In this document: piece by piece, positions 7,497 to 17,783 of the stretch
How positions within the stretch are numbered: position 1 is the first letter of the stretch
Layout of the letters: each line of letters begins with the position of its first letter
Origin: Bacteroidales bacterium
GTDB lineage: Bacteria > Bacteroidota > Bacteroidia > Bacteroidales > UBA12077
Assembly (NCBI GenBank): GCA_028282585.1
Contig: JANQHR010000013.1
Location: 1 to 35,275, forward strand
Length of the DNA: 35,275 nucleotides
Reading direction: 5' to 3'
Translations under genes and position numbers: made by a program
The notes under the pieces: model-generated
Databases searched by the model: none
Seen by the model: only the letters and a program-made list of their open reading frames with translations
Told to the model about the DNA's origin: nothing

Positions 7497-7522
7497 TGCC
7501 TGTCATAAAAACAGGCATTTTT
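7497..7522 (+). terminator. Intrinsic terminator at the end of the array
   Basis: TGCCTGT-cataaaa-ACAGGCA followed by a T run. Confidence 0.6.
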
Positions 7523-7681
7523 TATAATATATCTGCTAAACATTCGTTAATTTCAATTATAGGATTTTAACACTAATTCTATTTTACCTGTCCGCCGGTT
7601 TATCTGCCAAAGGCATGACAAGCGGGTTAACCTAACTATCTTAAGGAACATAATATTTTTTGAAAAGGCTTGTTTGTTTAA

Positions 7682-7855
7682 GAAGCAGACATGCAATGAT
7701 ACGAAGCAGAGGAAAATGTTTTGGAAGCAGAACAACATAAGCTTGAAGCAGCCCATGAACAGTGAGAAGCAATAGAAGAAGAACGAGAAGCAACGCATCA
7801 GGAACAGGAAGCAGTAAAAAATGAATGAGAAGCAAAACAAAATAAATGAGAAGCA
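7682..7855. repeat. Phased array of 9 GAAGCA cores at an exact 21-bp period with variable 15-bp spacers
   Basis: GAAGCA starts at 7682, 7703, 7724, 7745, 7766, 7787, 7808, 7829, 7850; all three + frames contain stops. Confidence 0.9.
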
Positions 7856-7903
7856 ATAAAAAAATTACTTTACAATTAAATAAATGTTTAACTAAAATTA
7901 AAA

Positions 7904-8569
7904 ATGATTATGGCAACACGCCCAAAGATCTCAGATGTAGCAACTTTAGAAAAGTATAGAGTTGCTTTAGAAAATGTAGAAGCGCAAAGTGAAATCGCAA
8001 CTATTATGGCAGAGTTCGGATACGATGCTGCTTTAATAGAAGAAGGCAAAAATTTACTCATCAAAACTCGTCAAGCTTACGACCTGAATGTGAAAGAAGA
8101 TGATGAAACCTCCCAGGCATATAGTAATTTCTCAGAGAAACGCGATTCACTGTCTGATACATATACACTTCATAGGAAGAAAGCAAAAGTAGTATTCAGA
8201 AAAGATCAACAAATAATGGAGCGTTTAGCCCTCATAGGTTCACTTCCAACGGCATATATAAACTGGCTCGAAACAGTTAAGAAATTTTATACTGAAGTGC
8301 TTGTTGACACTGAACTGCAAAATAAACTAAGTCGTTTGAAAATTTCGGTAGAAGATTTAAATGCAACCAATACCTTGATCAGCGAATTAGAATCTGCAAG
8401 ATCCGGGTATTTGAGAGAAAAGGGTGAATCTCAGGATGCAACAATCGCAAAAAATTCTGCATTCGCCCTGCTGGATGACTGGATGAGTGAATTTTATGCA
8501 GTCGCTCGCATTGCACTTGAAGATAATATCCAATTACTTGAAGCTTTAGGAGTAATTGTACGAAACTAA
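7904..8569 (+). CDS. Hypothetical all-helical protein with an apparent internal duplication
   Basis: 221 aa, no signal peptide; the halves share patterns (KEDDETSQA / REKGESQDA); ends QLLEALGVIVRN. Confidence 0.8.
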   Translation: MIMATRPKISDVATLEKYRVALENVEAQSEIATIMAEFGYDAALIEEGKNLLIKTRQAYDLNVKEDDETSQAYSNFSEKRDSLSDTYTLHRKKAKVVFRKDQQIMERLALIGSLPTAYINWLETVKKFYTEVLVDTELQNKLSRLKISVEDLNATNTLISELESARSGYLREKGESQDATIAKNSAFALLDDWMSEFYAVARIALEDNIQLLEALGVIVRN

Positions 8570-8852
8570 ATCCAACACTATTATAAACTTATTATGGGGA
8601 TCATTTAGAAACAGACACATTACATTTTGGAATCAGGTTTAAAGTAGAATAATTATTAGAGTCCATCAGTTTCCCAAACAGACAGAAATACAGCAACTAC
8701 TTTTTAGTCTTCATAAGTTTTACCAATAAATATAAAATAACAAAACAGTCTGTTTTTACTTTTACGAGCAATTTAAATAATCGGAGGATATTATTTAACG
8801 CTGTTCTAAAGAGATTTAATTACCGTTCGTAATCGGTAAGACTAATTTAAAT

Positions 8853-10415
8853 CTAAGTATTATTTACTTTAAAGAAGGACACCAAATCTTTTAGTTGATT
8901 TGCTTGACTAGTCATTTCTTCAGCACTAGTTGCTAACTCTTCGCTTGCAGCAGCATTTTGTTGCGTAACTCCATTCAATTGCTGTATGGAGTTATTAATA
9001 GCATCAACCCCATTATTTTGCTCTTGACTTGATGAAGAAATTTCTTGAATTAGTTTTGCTGTTTTTACAACTTCAGGTAATATATTGTCCATGTTTGTTC
9101 CTGCCGTCACTGCCAATTTATGGCTATTTTTAGTAAGTCCTATAATCTCTTCTGCCGCCAATTTACTTCTCTCTGCAAGTTTGCGCACTTCGGCAGCTAC
9201 AACTGCAAAACCTTTACCATACTCTCCTGCCCTCGCAGATTCAACAGCAGCGTTAAGCGCCAATATATTAGTTTGAAAAGAAATATCATTGATAATACTA
9301 ATTTTATCGGATATTTGTTTATTTGCATTTACAGATTCTTGCGACTGATTGCTAACTTCTTGAATACCTTCTCTAGCAACCAAAGCAATTTTCTCAGTTT
9401 CTGACGAGTTTTCAGCATTTTTCTGGATATTTAAGGCCATTTCTTCCATAGTTGAAGAAACTTCTTCTACCGATGACGCTTGTTCATTAGCACTTTGTGA
9501 GATATTTTGAGATGTATTACTAACTTGTTGGCTAGCTGAAGCAATACTGCTTATTCCAATATGTATACTTTCAATAATATTAGTCAATTTAGCACTCATA
9601 TTTATTAAAGATTTCGCAAGACGACCAACATCATCTCTAGATTCTACAAATAATTTAAATGTTAAATCTCCCTTAGTTATTTTTCTTGCTAATTGTTGTA
9701 TCGTTGTTAAATCCTTTGTAGTTCTTCCAACAATAATTATTACAGGTACAATAATTGTAATAAAACCCATTACCCCTATTGTTATTCCCTTATTTATAAA
9801 ATTATTTGCCAACTCCTCCTGAATAGTACTGCCACTATAAACATATAATAAAGATTTAAATGATAATAAAAATAGAATAATTACACCTACACTTGCTATT
9901 GTTGTACACATAAAAAGTTTTGTTTTAAGTGTAAACACTTTTGCTGTATCTGTTAAAGGAACTGATGACGTCCAAGCTTCAAGGAAGAAAATCATTTTTA
10001 AGAAAAAGGGAAGAGTAAAAATAAAAATTATCGGAATTCCAAATGACCAACTTAATAAGTATGTACTACGATTAATATCTAAGCCAATAAGCCCAGTGTT
10101 CGGTCCTACTAAACAGTATATTGTTATTCCAATAATATATAAAGAAATAATATTTAAAACCAATCTTTGAACTTCTGCATAATCCTTATTAAGTGATGCT
10201 TTTTTAATTGCTTGAAGCTTTTTACTTAATAGCATTACCATTAGAGTTATATATAATGGAACATAAATAAGTAAACCCGGATTAGAAAGTATTTTTAGAA
10301 TTTGCTCAGAATTAAATAATTCATTAAACCAAATAATAATAATCCAAAATACTGGTGGTAAAACAAAACCTCCAATAAACCACAATATAATTTTTTGTCT
10401 AACCTCCTTTTTCAT
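8853..10415 (-). CDS. Methyl-accepting chemotaxis protein (multi-TM sensor, HAMP, signalling domain)
   Basis: [37 protein letters not shown] signature; HAMP segment GDLT...SRDDVGRLA. Confidence 0.95.
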   Translation of the reverse strand: MKKEVRQKIILWFIGGFVLPPVFWIIIIWFNELFNSEQILKILSNPGLLIYVPLYITLMVMLLSKKLQAIKKASLNKDYAEVQRLVLNIISLYIIGITIYCLVGPNTGLIGLDINRSTYLLSWSFGIPIIFIFTLPFFLKMIFFLEAWTSSVPLTDTAKVFTLKTKLFMCTTIASVGVIILFLLSFKSLLYVYSGSTIQEELANNFINKGITIGVMGFITIIVPVIIIVGRTTKDLTTIQQLARKITKGDLTFKLFVESRDDVGRLAKSLINMSAKLTNIIESIHIGISSIASASQQVSNTSQNISQSANEQASSVEEVSSTMEEMALNIQKNAENSSETEKIALVAREGIQEVSNQSQESVNANKQISDKISIINDISFQTNILALNAAVESARAGEYGKGFAVVAAEVRKLAERSKLAAEEIIGLTKNSHKLAVTAGTNMDNILPEVVKTAKLIQEISSSSQEQNNGVDAINNSIQQLNGVTQQNAAASEELATSAEEMTSQANQLKDLVSFFKVNNT

Positions 10416-10618
10416 AATCTCCTTGTTTTTTTTGTAAATAACTAGTATATCGTCAAAAGATTACGAATGTTTCATGAAAATGTTTCAGATAAGCAAACAA
10501 GTTATTTAAATCCGATTATAAAACAATAATCAATCTTTATTACCCCAATATTATTGAATTATTACTATACAAAGCTGTAATTTACCTATAGTATTATCTA
10601 ATTAATAGTGCGACTAAA

Positions 10619-10805
10619 ACAAAAGTAATAGCTAAAGAAAGGGAAATTAGTCTTTCAAAAATGATTGAATCTTATCTTAAGTCTATTACAAAAGAATAGC
10701 GAAGAAAAGGTTGAAATTACACCTTTCGTTGAAAGCTTATCTGCAGTAATAAATCTTACTGACAAAGATTACAAAAAAGACTACGCCGACTATTTAAATG
10801 AATAA
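10619..10805 (+). pseudogene. Frameshifted, 5'-truncated DUF6364-like antitoxin remnant
   Basis: AKEREISLSKMIESYLKSITK, then in a shifted frame EEKVEITPFVESLSAVINLTDKDYKKDYADYLNE*; no start codon. Confidence 0.65.
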
Positions 10806-10978
10806 AAGGCAAGCCGAAAGTTAACATGTCTTGCTATGTAAAGACATAAACCATGCCTGTTGGCAGATAAACTTTATGCCACATTATAACATGGCCATTT
10901 TTTAAGTATAACACCTGCACAACTTAGCACAGCACACATTTCTCAACAAATGTAAATGAAATGCTCATGCATTGCTTT

Positions 10979-10986
10979 TAGCTTTG
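10979..10986 (+). promoter_or_regulatory. -7 promoter element
   Basis: TAGCTTTG 32 bp upstream of ATG 11019. Confidence 0.45.
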
Positions 10987-11018
10987 TAACTGTATTTACT
11001 AATCTTAAATTTAAGAAC

Positions 11019-11618
11019 ATGAAAAACTTAATTTTAATTCTTACACTTCTATCAACTTTAAGTGCATGTGGGCAACACGGGAATAGACACAGCCATGCTC
11101 ATAATAATGAATCTAAACAACTAAACGTTGCAAATGAAAATTCAGGTACTTTGGAAAACATTCCGGCAGTAGCATTCAAAAAAGTTCATGAAGCAACGAT
11201 ACCATTTCCTGTAGAAAAAGTATTCCCATTATTTGAGCCACAAGGAAGATATCTTCTTTATTCAAAATGGAACCCAACTATTTTACGTAAAGGCGAAAAA
11301 GGTTCTTTAAAAGGTCAAATTGAATTTTCCAAATACAGTGACTTGGATGTAATTCTTACAGTAAGAGATTATAATCCGGAAGAAGGCTATATTCAATATC
11401 TGGTAATTTGGGATGATTTTGAAATCCAACGCATTGATATTATTTGTAAGCCAGGAGAAAAGGAGAATACAACTAATATGACATGGATTGAACATAATGC
11501 AGGACTTTATGAAAAAGGTGAATATTTGGTAAGTAAATTTGTTAAGGAAGGATATCTTGATAATGCAGTTGAGCGTTATGTAAATAATATAAAAAAGAAG
11601 TTATCCAGTGATAAGTAA
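11019..11618 (+). CDS. Lipoprotein with a His-rich N-terminus and an SRPBCC/START-like domain
   Basis: ATG 11019 gives the signal MKNLILILTLLSTLSAC; QHGNRHSHAH; ATIPFPVEKVFPLF..W is typical of an SRPBCC start. Confidence 0.65.
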   Translation: MKNLILILTLLSTLSACGQHGNRHSHAHNNESKQLNVANENSGTLENIPAVAFKKVHEATIPFPVEKVFPLFEPQGRYLLYSKWNPTILRKGEKGSLKGQIEFSKYSDLDVILTVRDYNPEEGYIQYLVIWDDFEIQRIDIICKPGEKENTTNMTWIEHNAGLYEKGEYLVSKFVKEGYLDNAVERYVNNIKKKLSSDK

Positions 11619-11670
11619 TCATTTAGTTAAGTTACAAAAGATATTATTTACCTAATTCTTAAAATTTTAG

Positions 11671-11710
11671 ATGAAGCTGTTTAGTTGGACAGCTTCATTT
11701 ATTATTTTGT
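11671..11710 (+). terminator. Intrinsic terminator
   Basis: ATGAAGCTGT/ACAGCTTCAT 10-bp stem with a T-rich tail. Confidence 0.65.
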
Positions 11711-11849
11711 AATATGAACTCTTCACTTTTACAAACATTTTGGTAAGACAAGCTTACTAAAAAGCTTGTAATCTTCTTGTCCCGTTAAACATCAGGAGCT
11801 TTTGGGAAGGATGAGCACTGACCTGTGCCTTTGTCATATTGACTCACAA

Positions 11850-11968
11850 AACATGCGGAGTTTTTGACGTTTGATCATAAAATACTATATTCGTATTGGT
11901 TCTATTCGGGTGATGATGAAACAGTGCGTGCCTCCCAATAGCTATCCGACTTGCACTAAAGTTAAAGT
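11850..11968 (+). repeat. Isolated degenerate copy of the attC-like repeat
   Basis: CATGCGGAGTTTTTG...TATATTCGTATTGGTTCT...GGTGATGATGAAACA aligns with sites 3 and 7. Confidence 0.65.
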
Positions 11969-12005
11969 AGTACCGATATCTGAAAATAAATCAATTAAAC
12001 TTCAT

Positions 12006-12881
12006 ATGACTAGCAACTGGAATAATACAGCACAAAGATCTTTTTTTTCAAGATTTAAAAAAGTTCCTACATCGGTAAATTGGTTCGAAATCTATGAGAT
12101 CACAGACAATAATTTTATATTCTACGAACCAAGACACCGTGAGGAAACCATTTCAAACCTGGTGATTGGTGATGATAAAGCAGTTTTAATTGATACTGGT
12201 TGTGGAATTGGGAATTTATATCAGGCAGTAAGAGAAATAACTAACAAACCTGTAAGTGTAGTTAATACACATACTCATGCGGACCATATAGGCAGTAATT
12301 GGCAATTTAATAATGTAGCCATGTTTGAACACTTATTAACTCGTAAGATTTCTAAAGAAGGTTTATCCCATGACATATTGTTTGCTGAAATTCTTGATGA
12401 AAAATTGATCATCAAACCATGGCCTAAAGACTTTGATCCGGATGGGTACTCCTTGCCACCTTTTAAGGTTAATAATTGGTTGAAAGAAGGTGATATAATT
12501 GCCCTTGGTAATCGTGATTTGGAAGTAATCCATACACCAGGGGAAGCTCCTGACCATATTTGCCTTTTGGACAAAAAAAATCGAATTTTATTTAGTGGCG
12601 ATGTTCTGCTAGAAGGTCCAATTTGGACACATTTAGAAGGAGGTAGTCTACAAGAATTAAGGCATAGTTATAATAAACTATTAAAGTTTAAAGATTATTT
12701 TGATTACATTATGCCAAGTCATAATAACACATGGATAGGTAAAGATCTTCTGATTGAGTCTTTATCCGGAGTAGAAGCAGTTTTGTCGGGTTATGCCAAA
12801 TACCAAGTAATAACGGATGCATGGGATAGACAATTAAAAAAGTATACCTTTAATAGATTTAGTATATTAACTTCGTACTAA
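12006..12881 (+). CDS. MBL-fold metallo-hydrolase
   Basis: LIDTG, THTHADHIG, HTPGEAPDH, LFSGD, PSH; ATG 12006 preferred because the upstream extension reads through the repeat. Confidence 0.9.
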   Translation: MTSNWNNTAQRSFFSRFKKVPTSVNWFEIYEITDNNFIFYEPRHREETISNLVIGDDKAVLIDTGCGIGNLYQAVREITNKPVSVVNTHTHADHIGSNWQFNNVAMFEHLLTRKISKEGLSHDILFAEILDEKLIIKPWPKDFDPDGYSLPPFKVNNWLKEGDIIALGNRDLEVIHTPGEAPDHICLLDKKNRILFSGDVLLEGPIWTHLEGGSLQELRHSYNKLLKFKDYFDYIMPSHNNTWIGKDLLIESLSGVEAVLSGYAKYQVITDAWDRQLKKYTFNRFSILTSY

Positions 12882-13136
12882 TTTGATCTTGAATTCATAA
12901 ACCAACTTAACATGACCTATTGTTTTGCGCCCAATTCGTAACAAACATTGCTTGTAAAGGCATAAACCTTGCCATCGGGAAGTAAACTGTAAATAGTTCA
13001 AATTTAATACGTTTCTTTCATATATGTTGCTGTTTTATACTATTTTGTTTAAAGCAGAATTATTTTAATTAAACATTATTTGCAAAAAAAGGTTTAATTT
13101 TAGTAAGTCTATGTAAATTAAATTAAAACAGATGCT

Positions 13137-14144
13137 ATGGATATAGTTACACAAACCGTTGTAGGAGCTGCTGTAGGAGAATTGGTTCTTGGGAAAAAAG
13201 CAGGAAACAAAGCCATTATTTGGGGTGCTGCAGGCGGATTAATTCCCGATTTGGATGTATTAATTGCACCTTTGTTTAGTGAAGTAGACGGACTTTTTGT
13301 TCATCGGGGCTTTAGTCATAGTTTAATATTTGCTTTTCTACTGGCTCCTTTATTGGGTTGGTTAATTCACCGTATTTATCGGAAAAAAATGGATGTCACA
13401 AGGCGGGAATGGACTATTCTTATTTTTTGGGCAGCTTTTACGCATCCCATATTGGATTATCTTACAACTTACGGAACCGGTGCTTTTCTTCCTTTTTCCG
13501 GATATAGGGTTGAGTTTAGCACCATTGGTATAGTGGATATTTTCTATACACTACCGTTTTTTATTGTTTTATTAATTATACCGTTTTTAAAAAGAACTGC
13601 TTTACTAAGACGGGGACTAATAGTAAGCACCATTATAATCACCTCGTTTTATTTATTGGGAACCATAGGAAATAAACTACATATAAATGCTGTTTTTAAA
13701 GAAGCCTTTTCAAAACAACAAATTTCTTATGAACGATTTAAAACTTCTCCCCTGCCACTTACCAATTTTTTGTGGATGGGAATTGCTGAGACAAATTCAG
13801 GATACCACATGGCATTATATTCTAACTTTGATTCTCAGATACCTGACGATTTTATTTTTATTCCCCGAAACGAATCCAAACTTGGTGCCATTTCAGATAA
13901 TGAAGATATAAACAAATTAATCCGATTTACTAAAGGCTATTACCACGTAAATGAAGATAAAAACGGACTTTATTTGGCCGATCTTCGTTTTGGTAAAATG
14001 GGTATAGAAGAAAATGCCGAATTTATCTTTAAATTCTACCTAAAAAACGAGAAAGGCAATGTGTTTATTCGACAATCAACAGAATCCAGAACGATAGAAG
14101 AAACTGCATTTTCAGACTTTATAGATAGAATTAAAGGCATTTAA
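13137..14144 (+). CDS. YdjM-family membrane metal-dependent hydrolase
   Basis: MDIVTQ, PDLD, HRGFSHS, THPILDYLTTYGT motifs. Confidence 0.9.
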   Translation: MDIVTQTVVGAAVGELVLGKKAGNKAIIWGAAGGLIPDLDVLIAPLFSEVDGLFVHRGFSHSLIFAFLLAPLLGWLIHRIYRKKMDVTRREWTILIFWAAFTHPILDYLTTYGTGAFLPFSGYRVEFSTIGIVDIFYTLPFFIVLLIIPFLKRTALLRRGLIVSTIIITSFYLLGTIGNKLHINAVFKEAFSKQQISYERFKTSPLPLTNFLWMGIAETNSGYHMALYSNFDSQIPDDFIFIPRNESKLGAISDNEDINKLIRFTKGYYHVNEDKNGLYLADLRFGKMGIEENAEFIFKFYLKNEKGNVFIRQSTESRTIEETAFSDFIDRIKGI

Positions 14145-14145
14145 T

Positions 14146-15090
14146 ATGACAGCACTCATGAATAATATTATTAAAAATATGGTTACATTGTTATTCATTC
14201 TTATTGGAATGGGTTGTAATTTTCAAGAAAGAGAAAATAAGTTATTAGAATATTATTTTACTAAACCTCTACCGGATACGGTTCCTATTCTATTCTTTCC
14301 TGAATATTTAGATATTGAGAAAAATATTAGAGACATTACTTTTTCAACAGATTATAAGGAGTTTTACTTTACTCAAATTACAAATGATACTTTTATAATG
14401 ACATCAAAATATAAATCAGGGAAATGGACTAAACCATCTATCGCTTCATTTTCAGGCTTTTCAGCAGACTTTGAACCATTTATATCGCCGGATAACAATA
14501 GTTTATATTTTGCTTCAATGCGACCTTCAAGAAACAAACCTTCAATGAAATTAGATATAGATATCTGGAAAGTACAACGCACAAATTCCGGGTGGAGTAA
14601 ACCTATATTATTAGATAATACTATTAATACTAATTGTATGGAATATTATCCTTCCATTTCAAAAAAAGGAAATTTATATTTTGGTCGTAATGATTCTGCA
14701 CTTACTCGTGGAGATATTTATTTTTCATCCTTAAAAAATAATAACTATACAACACCTGAAAAACTTCCGGAAACAATCAATTTACAGACAACATCATTTA
14801 ATGCGTTTATATCACCTGATGAAAACTATATGATATTCTCAAACTATATTCAGGAAAATGAACATTGGCACAGTGATCTTTTTATTAGTTATCTGGACGA
14901 GAATGGTAACTGGAAAATGCCAATAAATTTAGGAAATAACGTTAATTCTAAAGGAAATGAACTTTCTCCCTGGATTAGTTATGATAGAAAATATCTTTTC
15001 TTTGCATCAACCAGAATGGATACTTCCGGATTAAATATGAAATATAACATTTTTTGGGTAAGTACATCAGCGATTGAAAACTTTGATTAA
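14146..15090 (+). CDS. PD40/TolB-like beta-propeller lipoprotein
   Basis: Repeated PFISPD..LYFAS, AFISPDE.YMIFS, SPWISYD.KYLFFAS; lipobox-like GMGC. Confidence 0.85.
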   Translation: MTALMNNIIKNMVTLLFILIGMGCNFQERENKLLEYYFTKPLPDTVPILFFPEYLDIEKNIRDITFSTDYKEFYFTQITNDTFIMTSKYKSGKWTKPSIASFSGFSADFEPFISPDNNSLYFASMRPSRNKPSMKLDIDIWKVQRTNSGWSKPILLDNTINTNCMEYYPSISKKGNLYFGRNDSALTRGDIYFSSLKNNNYTTPEKLPETINLQTTSFNAFISPDENYMIFSNYIQENEHWHSDLFISYLDENGNWKMPINLGNNVNSKGNELSPWISYDRKYLFFASTRMDTSGLNMKYNIFWVSTSAIENFD

Positions 15091-15525
15091 TATTAAACGG
15101 CCTATAACAGCATTTCAGACTATATAAGAGTCTATTCTCCTCTGGTTCATGAGAACGCTTTGCCTAGTTTGTCGGTTTGCCGGAAATAAAATTATTTTAT
15201 TGAATGTCCGCATGAGCTCATAATTAAAAATATATTACTATCAAACCAGTTGATAATTTCTACTTTTAATTGTATTTCAGGAAATTAATTGCCAAAATTT
15301 AATTACAAACACGTTGGTAAGCCTTTCCCAAACCCAACAAATGATCAAAGCCTTACCAGAAAGTTTATAATACTGGTTGGTTTTGTTGCTAACAGCTATA
15401 ATTTTTATCCTTTTTGAACAAATTTGTCTTCATATTTCTCAGTTTGTTTATACCTAAATCAACAATATTGGTAGCTTATGTGCCCAATTTATAACAGCAC
15501 GCGGGTAATCGTGTTGATTTGACAA

Positions 15526-15582
15526 CCTGCCTTGCTGGCAGGCAGGGTTTTTACTATATTTGTTTTTCCCGATAGCTATCGG
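15526..15582. repeat. Two short REP-like palindromes flanking a -7 promoter element
   Basis: CCTGCCT-tgctggc-AGGCAGG 15526-15546; TATATTTG 15555-15562; CCGATAGCTATCGG 15569-15582. Confidence 0.55.
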
Positions 15583-15751
15583 TTGTCAACACTGAAACGG
15601 GTTGGTCTCCCACCTCGCTTCATAACCGAAGACCTTTGAAATAGCGGACATTAGGTCGTACAAAAATAGGCTGAATGTTTTGAGATCAATTAGTTGTATG
15701 TGGGGAAAAATTATAACGTAAACGGTTTGTTTAATTTTAAAGACTTTTTTT

Positions 15752-17359
15752 ATGGATCCAATTTGGTTAACTATAGCTTTCACTCTGGGTTTTTTAGTTC
15801 GTCTAATTGGCTTGCCTCCATTTATTGGCTATTTAATAGCCGGTTTTATTCTTAGCTATTTCGGCGCAGAATCAGGTGAATTCATTAAAATTGTATCAGA
15901 CCTGGGTGTCATATTACTCTTATTCACTATTGGGTTAAAATTAAAAATAAAAACTCTTTTACGTAAGGAAATCTGGGCAGGTTCTATGATCCATATGATA
16001 CTTACAACATTGGTTTTTGCGCTTATTCTTCTTTTTTTAAATTACACCGCATTTAATACTTTTAAAGATTTTAATATTAAACTAGCTTTTATAGTTGCAT
16101 TTGCCTTGAGTTTTTCAAGTACTATTTATGCAGTCAAAACATTGGAAAATAAAGGTGAGGTTAATTCTCCGCATGGTATAATATCAATTGGTATTTTAAT
16201 AATGCAAGATGTTTTTGCTGTTTTATTTATTGTATTTGCTACGGGAAAAATACCTAATGGTTGGGCTTTGGTTTTACCTGTTGCATTATTCATTATTCGC
16301 CCAATATTGTTTTTTGTTTTAAACAAAATCGGTCATGGCGAATTGTTGGTCTTATTCGGTTTCTTTTTGGCATTAATTGTTGGTGCTGAACTTTTCAAAT
16401 TTGTTGGCTTAAAAGCAGATTTAGGTGCACTGGCAATAGGTATGCTTATTGCAAATCATAAGAAATCCAAAGAGTTAGCTAATACCTTATTACATTTTAA
16501 AGATTTTTTTCTTATAGGATTTTTCCTTTCAATAGGCTTTTTGGGTATTCCCACAAAAGAAATCTTAATTATAGCATTCATTTTAGCTTTAGGCCTGAAT
16601 TTCAAGTTAGTTTTGTACTTTTTGGTCCTTACGCGATTTAAATTAAGAGTAAGAACCTCAGTATTTACTTCATTAACTTTGGCAAATTTTAGTGAATTTG
16701 GATTAATCGTCGCTTCTTTTGCAGCTACGGCAAATTTCATTTCAACTGAATGGATAGTTATAATTGCTGTTGCTCTGGCTATAACTTTCATAATTTCTTC
16801 ACCCTTGAACATACATGCCCATTCTATCTATCATAGAATAAAAGACAAATTGCAGTTTCTTGAAACATCAGATCGGTTAGAATACGATAAAACATTTGAT
16901 ATTGGCAACGCACAAATCTTGATTTTTGGTTTAGGAAAATTAGGCTCAGCAGTATATGATCAATTAAACCTTAAATATGGTCAATCAGTAATTGGATTGG
17001 ATTACAACCTGGAAGTTGTTGAAAAACTGCAGGCAGAAGGGAAAAACGTGATTCTGGATGATGCTACGGATAGTGAATTTTGGGAAAGGATCGCCAATAG
17101 CCCTATTCGTAGTAAACAAGTAAGAGCAGTAATGCTATGCATGAACGATCATAAATCGAATTTGTTTGCTGTAGAAAGATTAAAAGCCATTAATTATGGA
17201 GGGTTGATCGCTGCTACCGCAATTTATGATGATGAAATAAAAGAACTGGAAAAACTAAATATTCAGTCAGTTTATAACCTGTATTCTGAGGCTGGATTTG
17301 GTTTTGCCGATCACACTTGCCAAAGGTTAGATGAAATTAAAATCCAGGAAAACAGTTAA
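15752..17359 (+). CDS. CPA2 cation:proton antiporter (Kef-like) with a C-terminal TrkA-N domain
   Basis: GLPPFIGYLIAG, LLLFTIGL, SFSST, ILIMQD, SEFGLIV; IFGLGKLG Rossmann motif. Confidence 0.92.
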   Translation: MDPIWLTIAFTLGFLVRLIGLPPFIGYLIAGFILSYFGAESGEFIKIVSDLGVILLLFTIGLKLKIKTLLRKEIWAGSMIHMILTTLVFALILLFLNYTAFNTFKDFNIKLAFIVAFALSFSSTIYAVKTLENKGEVNSPHGIISIGILIMQDVFAVLFIVFATGKIPNGWALVLPVALFIIRPILFFVLNKIGHGELLVLFGFFLALIVGAELFKFVGLKADLGALAIGMLIANHKKSKELANTLLHFKDFFLIGFFLSIGFLGIPTKEILIIAFILALGLNFKLVLYFLVLTRFKLRVRTSVFTSLTLANFSEFGLIVASFAATANFISTEWIVIIAVALAITFIISSPLNIHAHSIYHRIKDKLQFLETSDRLEYDKTFDIGNAQILIFGLGKLGSAVYDQLNLKYGQSVIGLDYNLEVVEKLQAEGKNVILDDATDSEFWERIANSPIRSKQVRAVMLCMNDHKSNLFAVERLKAINYGGLIAATAIYDDEIKELEKLNIQSVYNLYSEAGFGFADHTCQRLDEIKIQENS

Positions 17360-17783
17360 TATAGTTTAAGTTTGATTTGTCTCAAAATAAGGGTGTTTGA
17401 GGTGCATCATGGTAAAATAGCTTGTAAAAATTCGCCAATAATATCATTTCGCAGGAAAGCAAAACCCCAAAGATAATTCTTGAACTCAATTCTATTGCTA
17501 TGACGGCAGATATCTGGTATTTCTGAAAATGAACTCTGTTAACTGCTTTAAGCCTGATTCTGTTAAGCTTATTGTACAATTTCTTTTCACCAATACTTCT
17601 GATTTATAAAGAAACGATAGCGTGAAATGGGCCATTACATAAGTGTTGCTGCCTATTTTCTTAGGACTTATGTAACTTTTTACAACACGCTTTGGTTTAT
17701 TCTGTCGTAACAGCGGGAACTGTAAATAGTGATTGATAATTAGTAATAGAAAAAAACAATCGTCAATCACTATTTACAAAAAA

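Larger units (their letters stand above)
1..7522 (+). mobile_element. Integron-like gene cassette array (attC-like cluster; no integrase in window)
   Basis: Unrelated co-oriented ORFs, each followed 6-55 bp after the stop by an ...AAC core and preceded by a GTT core; homologous palindromic spacers; cassette start/end complementarity. Confidence 0.85.

Noticed and set aside
7682-7855. CRISPR array interpretation of the 21-bp array
   Set aside because: The 6-bp core and 15-bp spacers are far too short, and there are no cas genes.
7553-7856. Minus-strand ORFs 7553..7840 and 7641..7856
   Set aside because: Low-complexity Cys/Phe/Leu translations produced by the purine-rich repeat.
7682-7880. 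TGA-recoded coiled-coil gene (EAxxxxx heptads)
   Set aside because: TGA terminates ordinary genes in this window (e.g. 2143-2145, 31174-31176), and there is no evidence of recoding signals.
11871-12005. N-terminal extension of the MBL hydrolase
   Set aside because: It translates the degenerate repeat; ATG 12006 is more plausible.
17382-17770. Minus-strand ORFs 17382..17579 and 17498..17770 as extra fez genes
   Set aside because: They overlap each other and have no recognisable motifs; a small real gene cannot be excluded.
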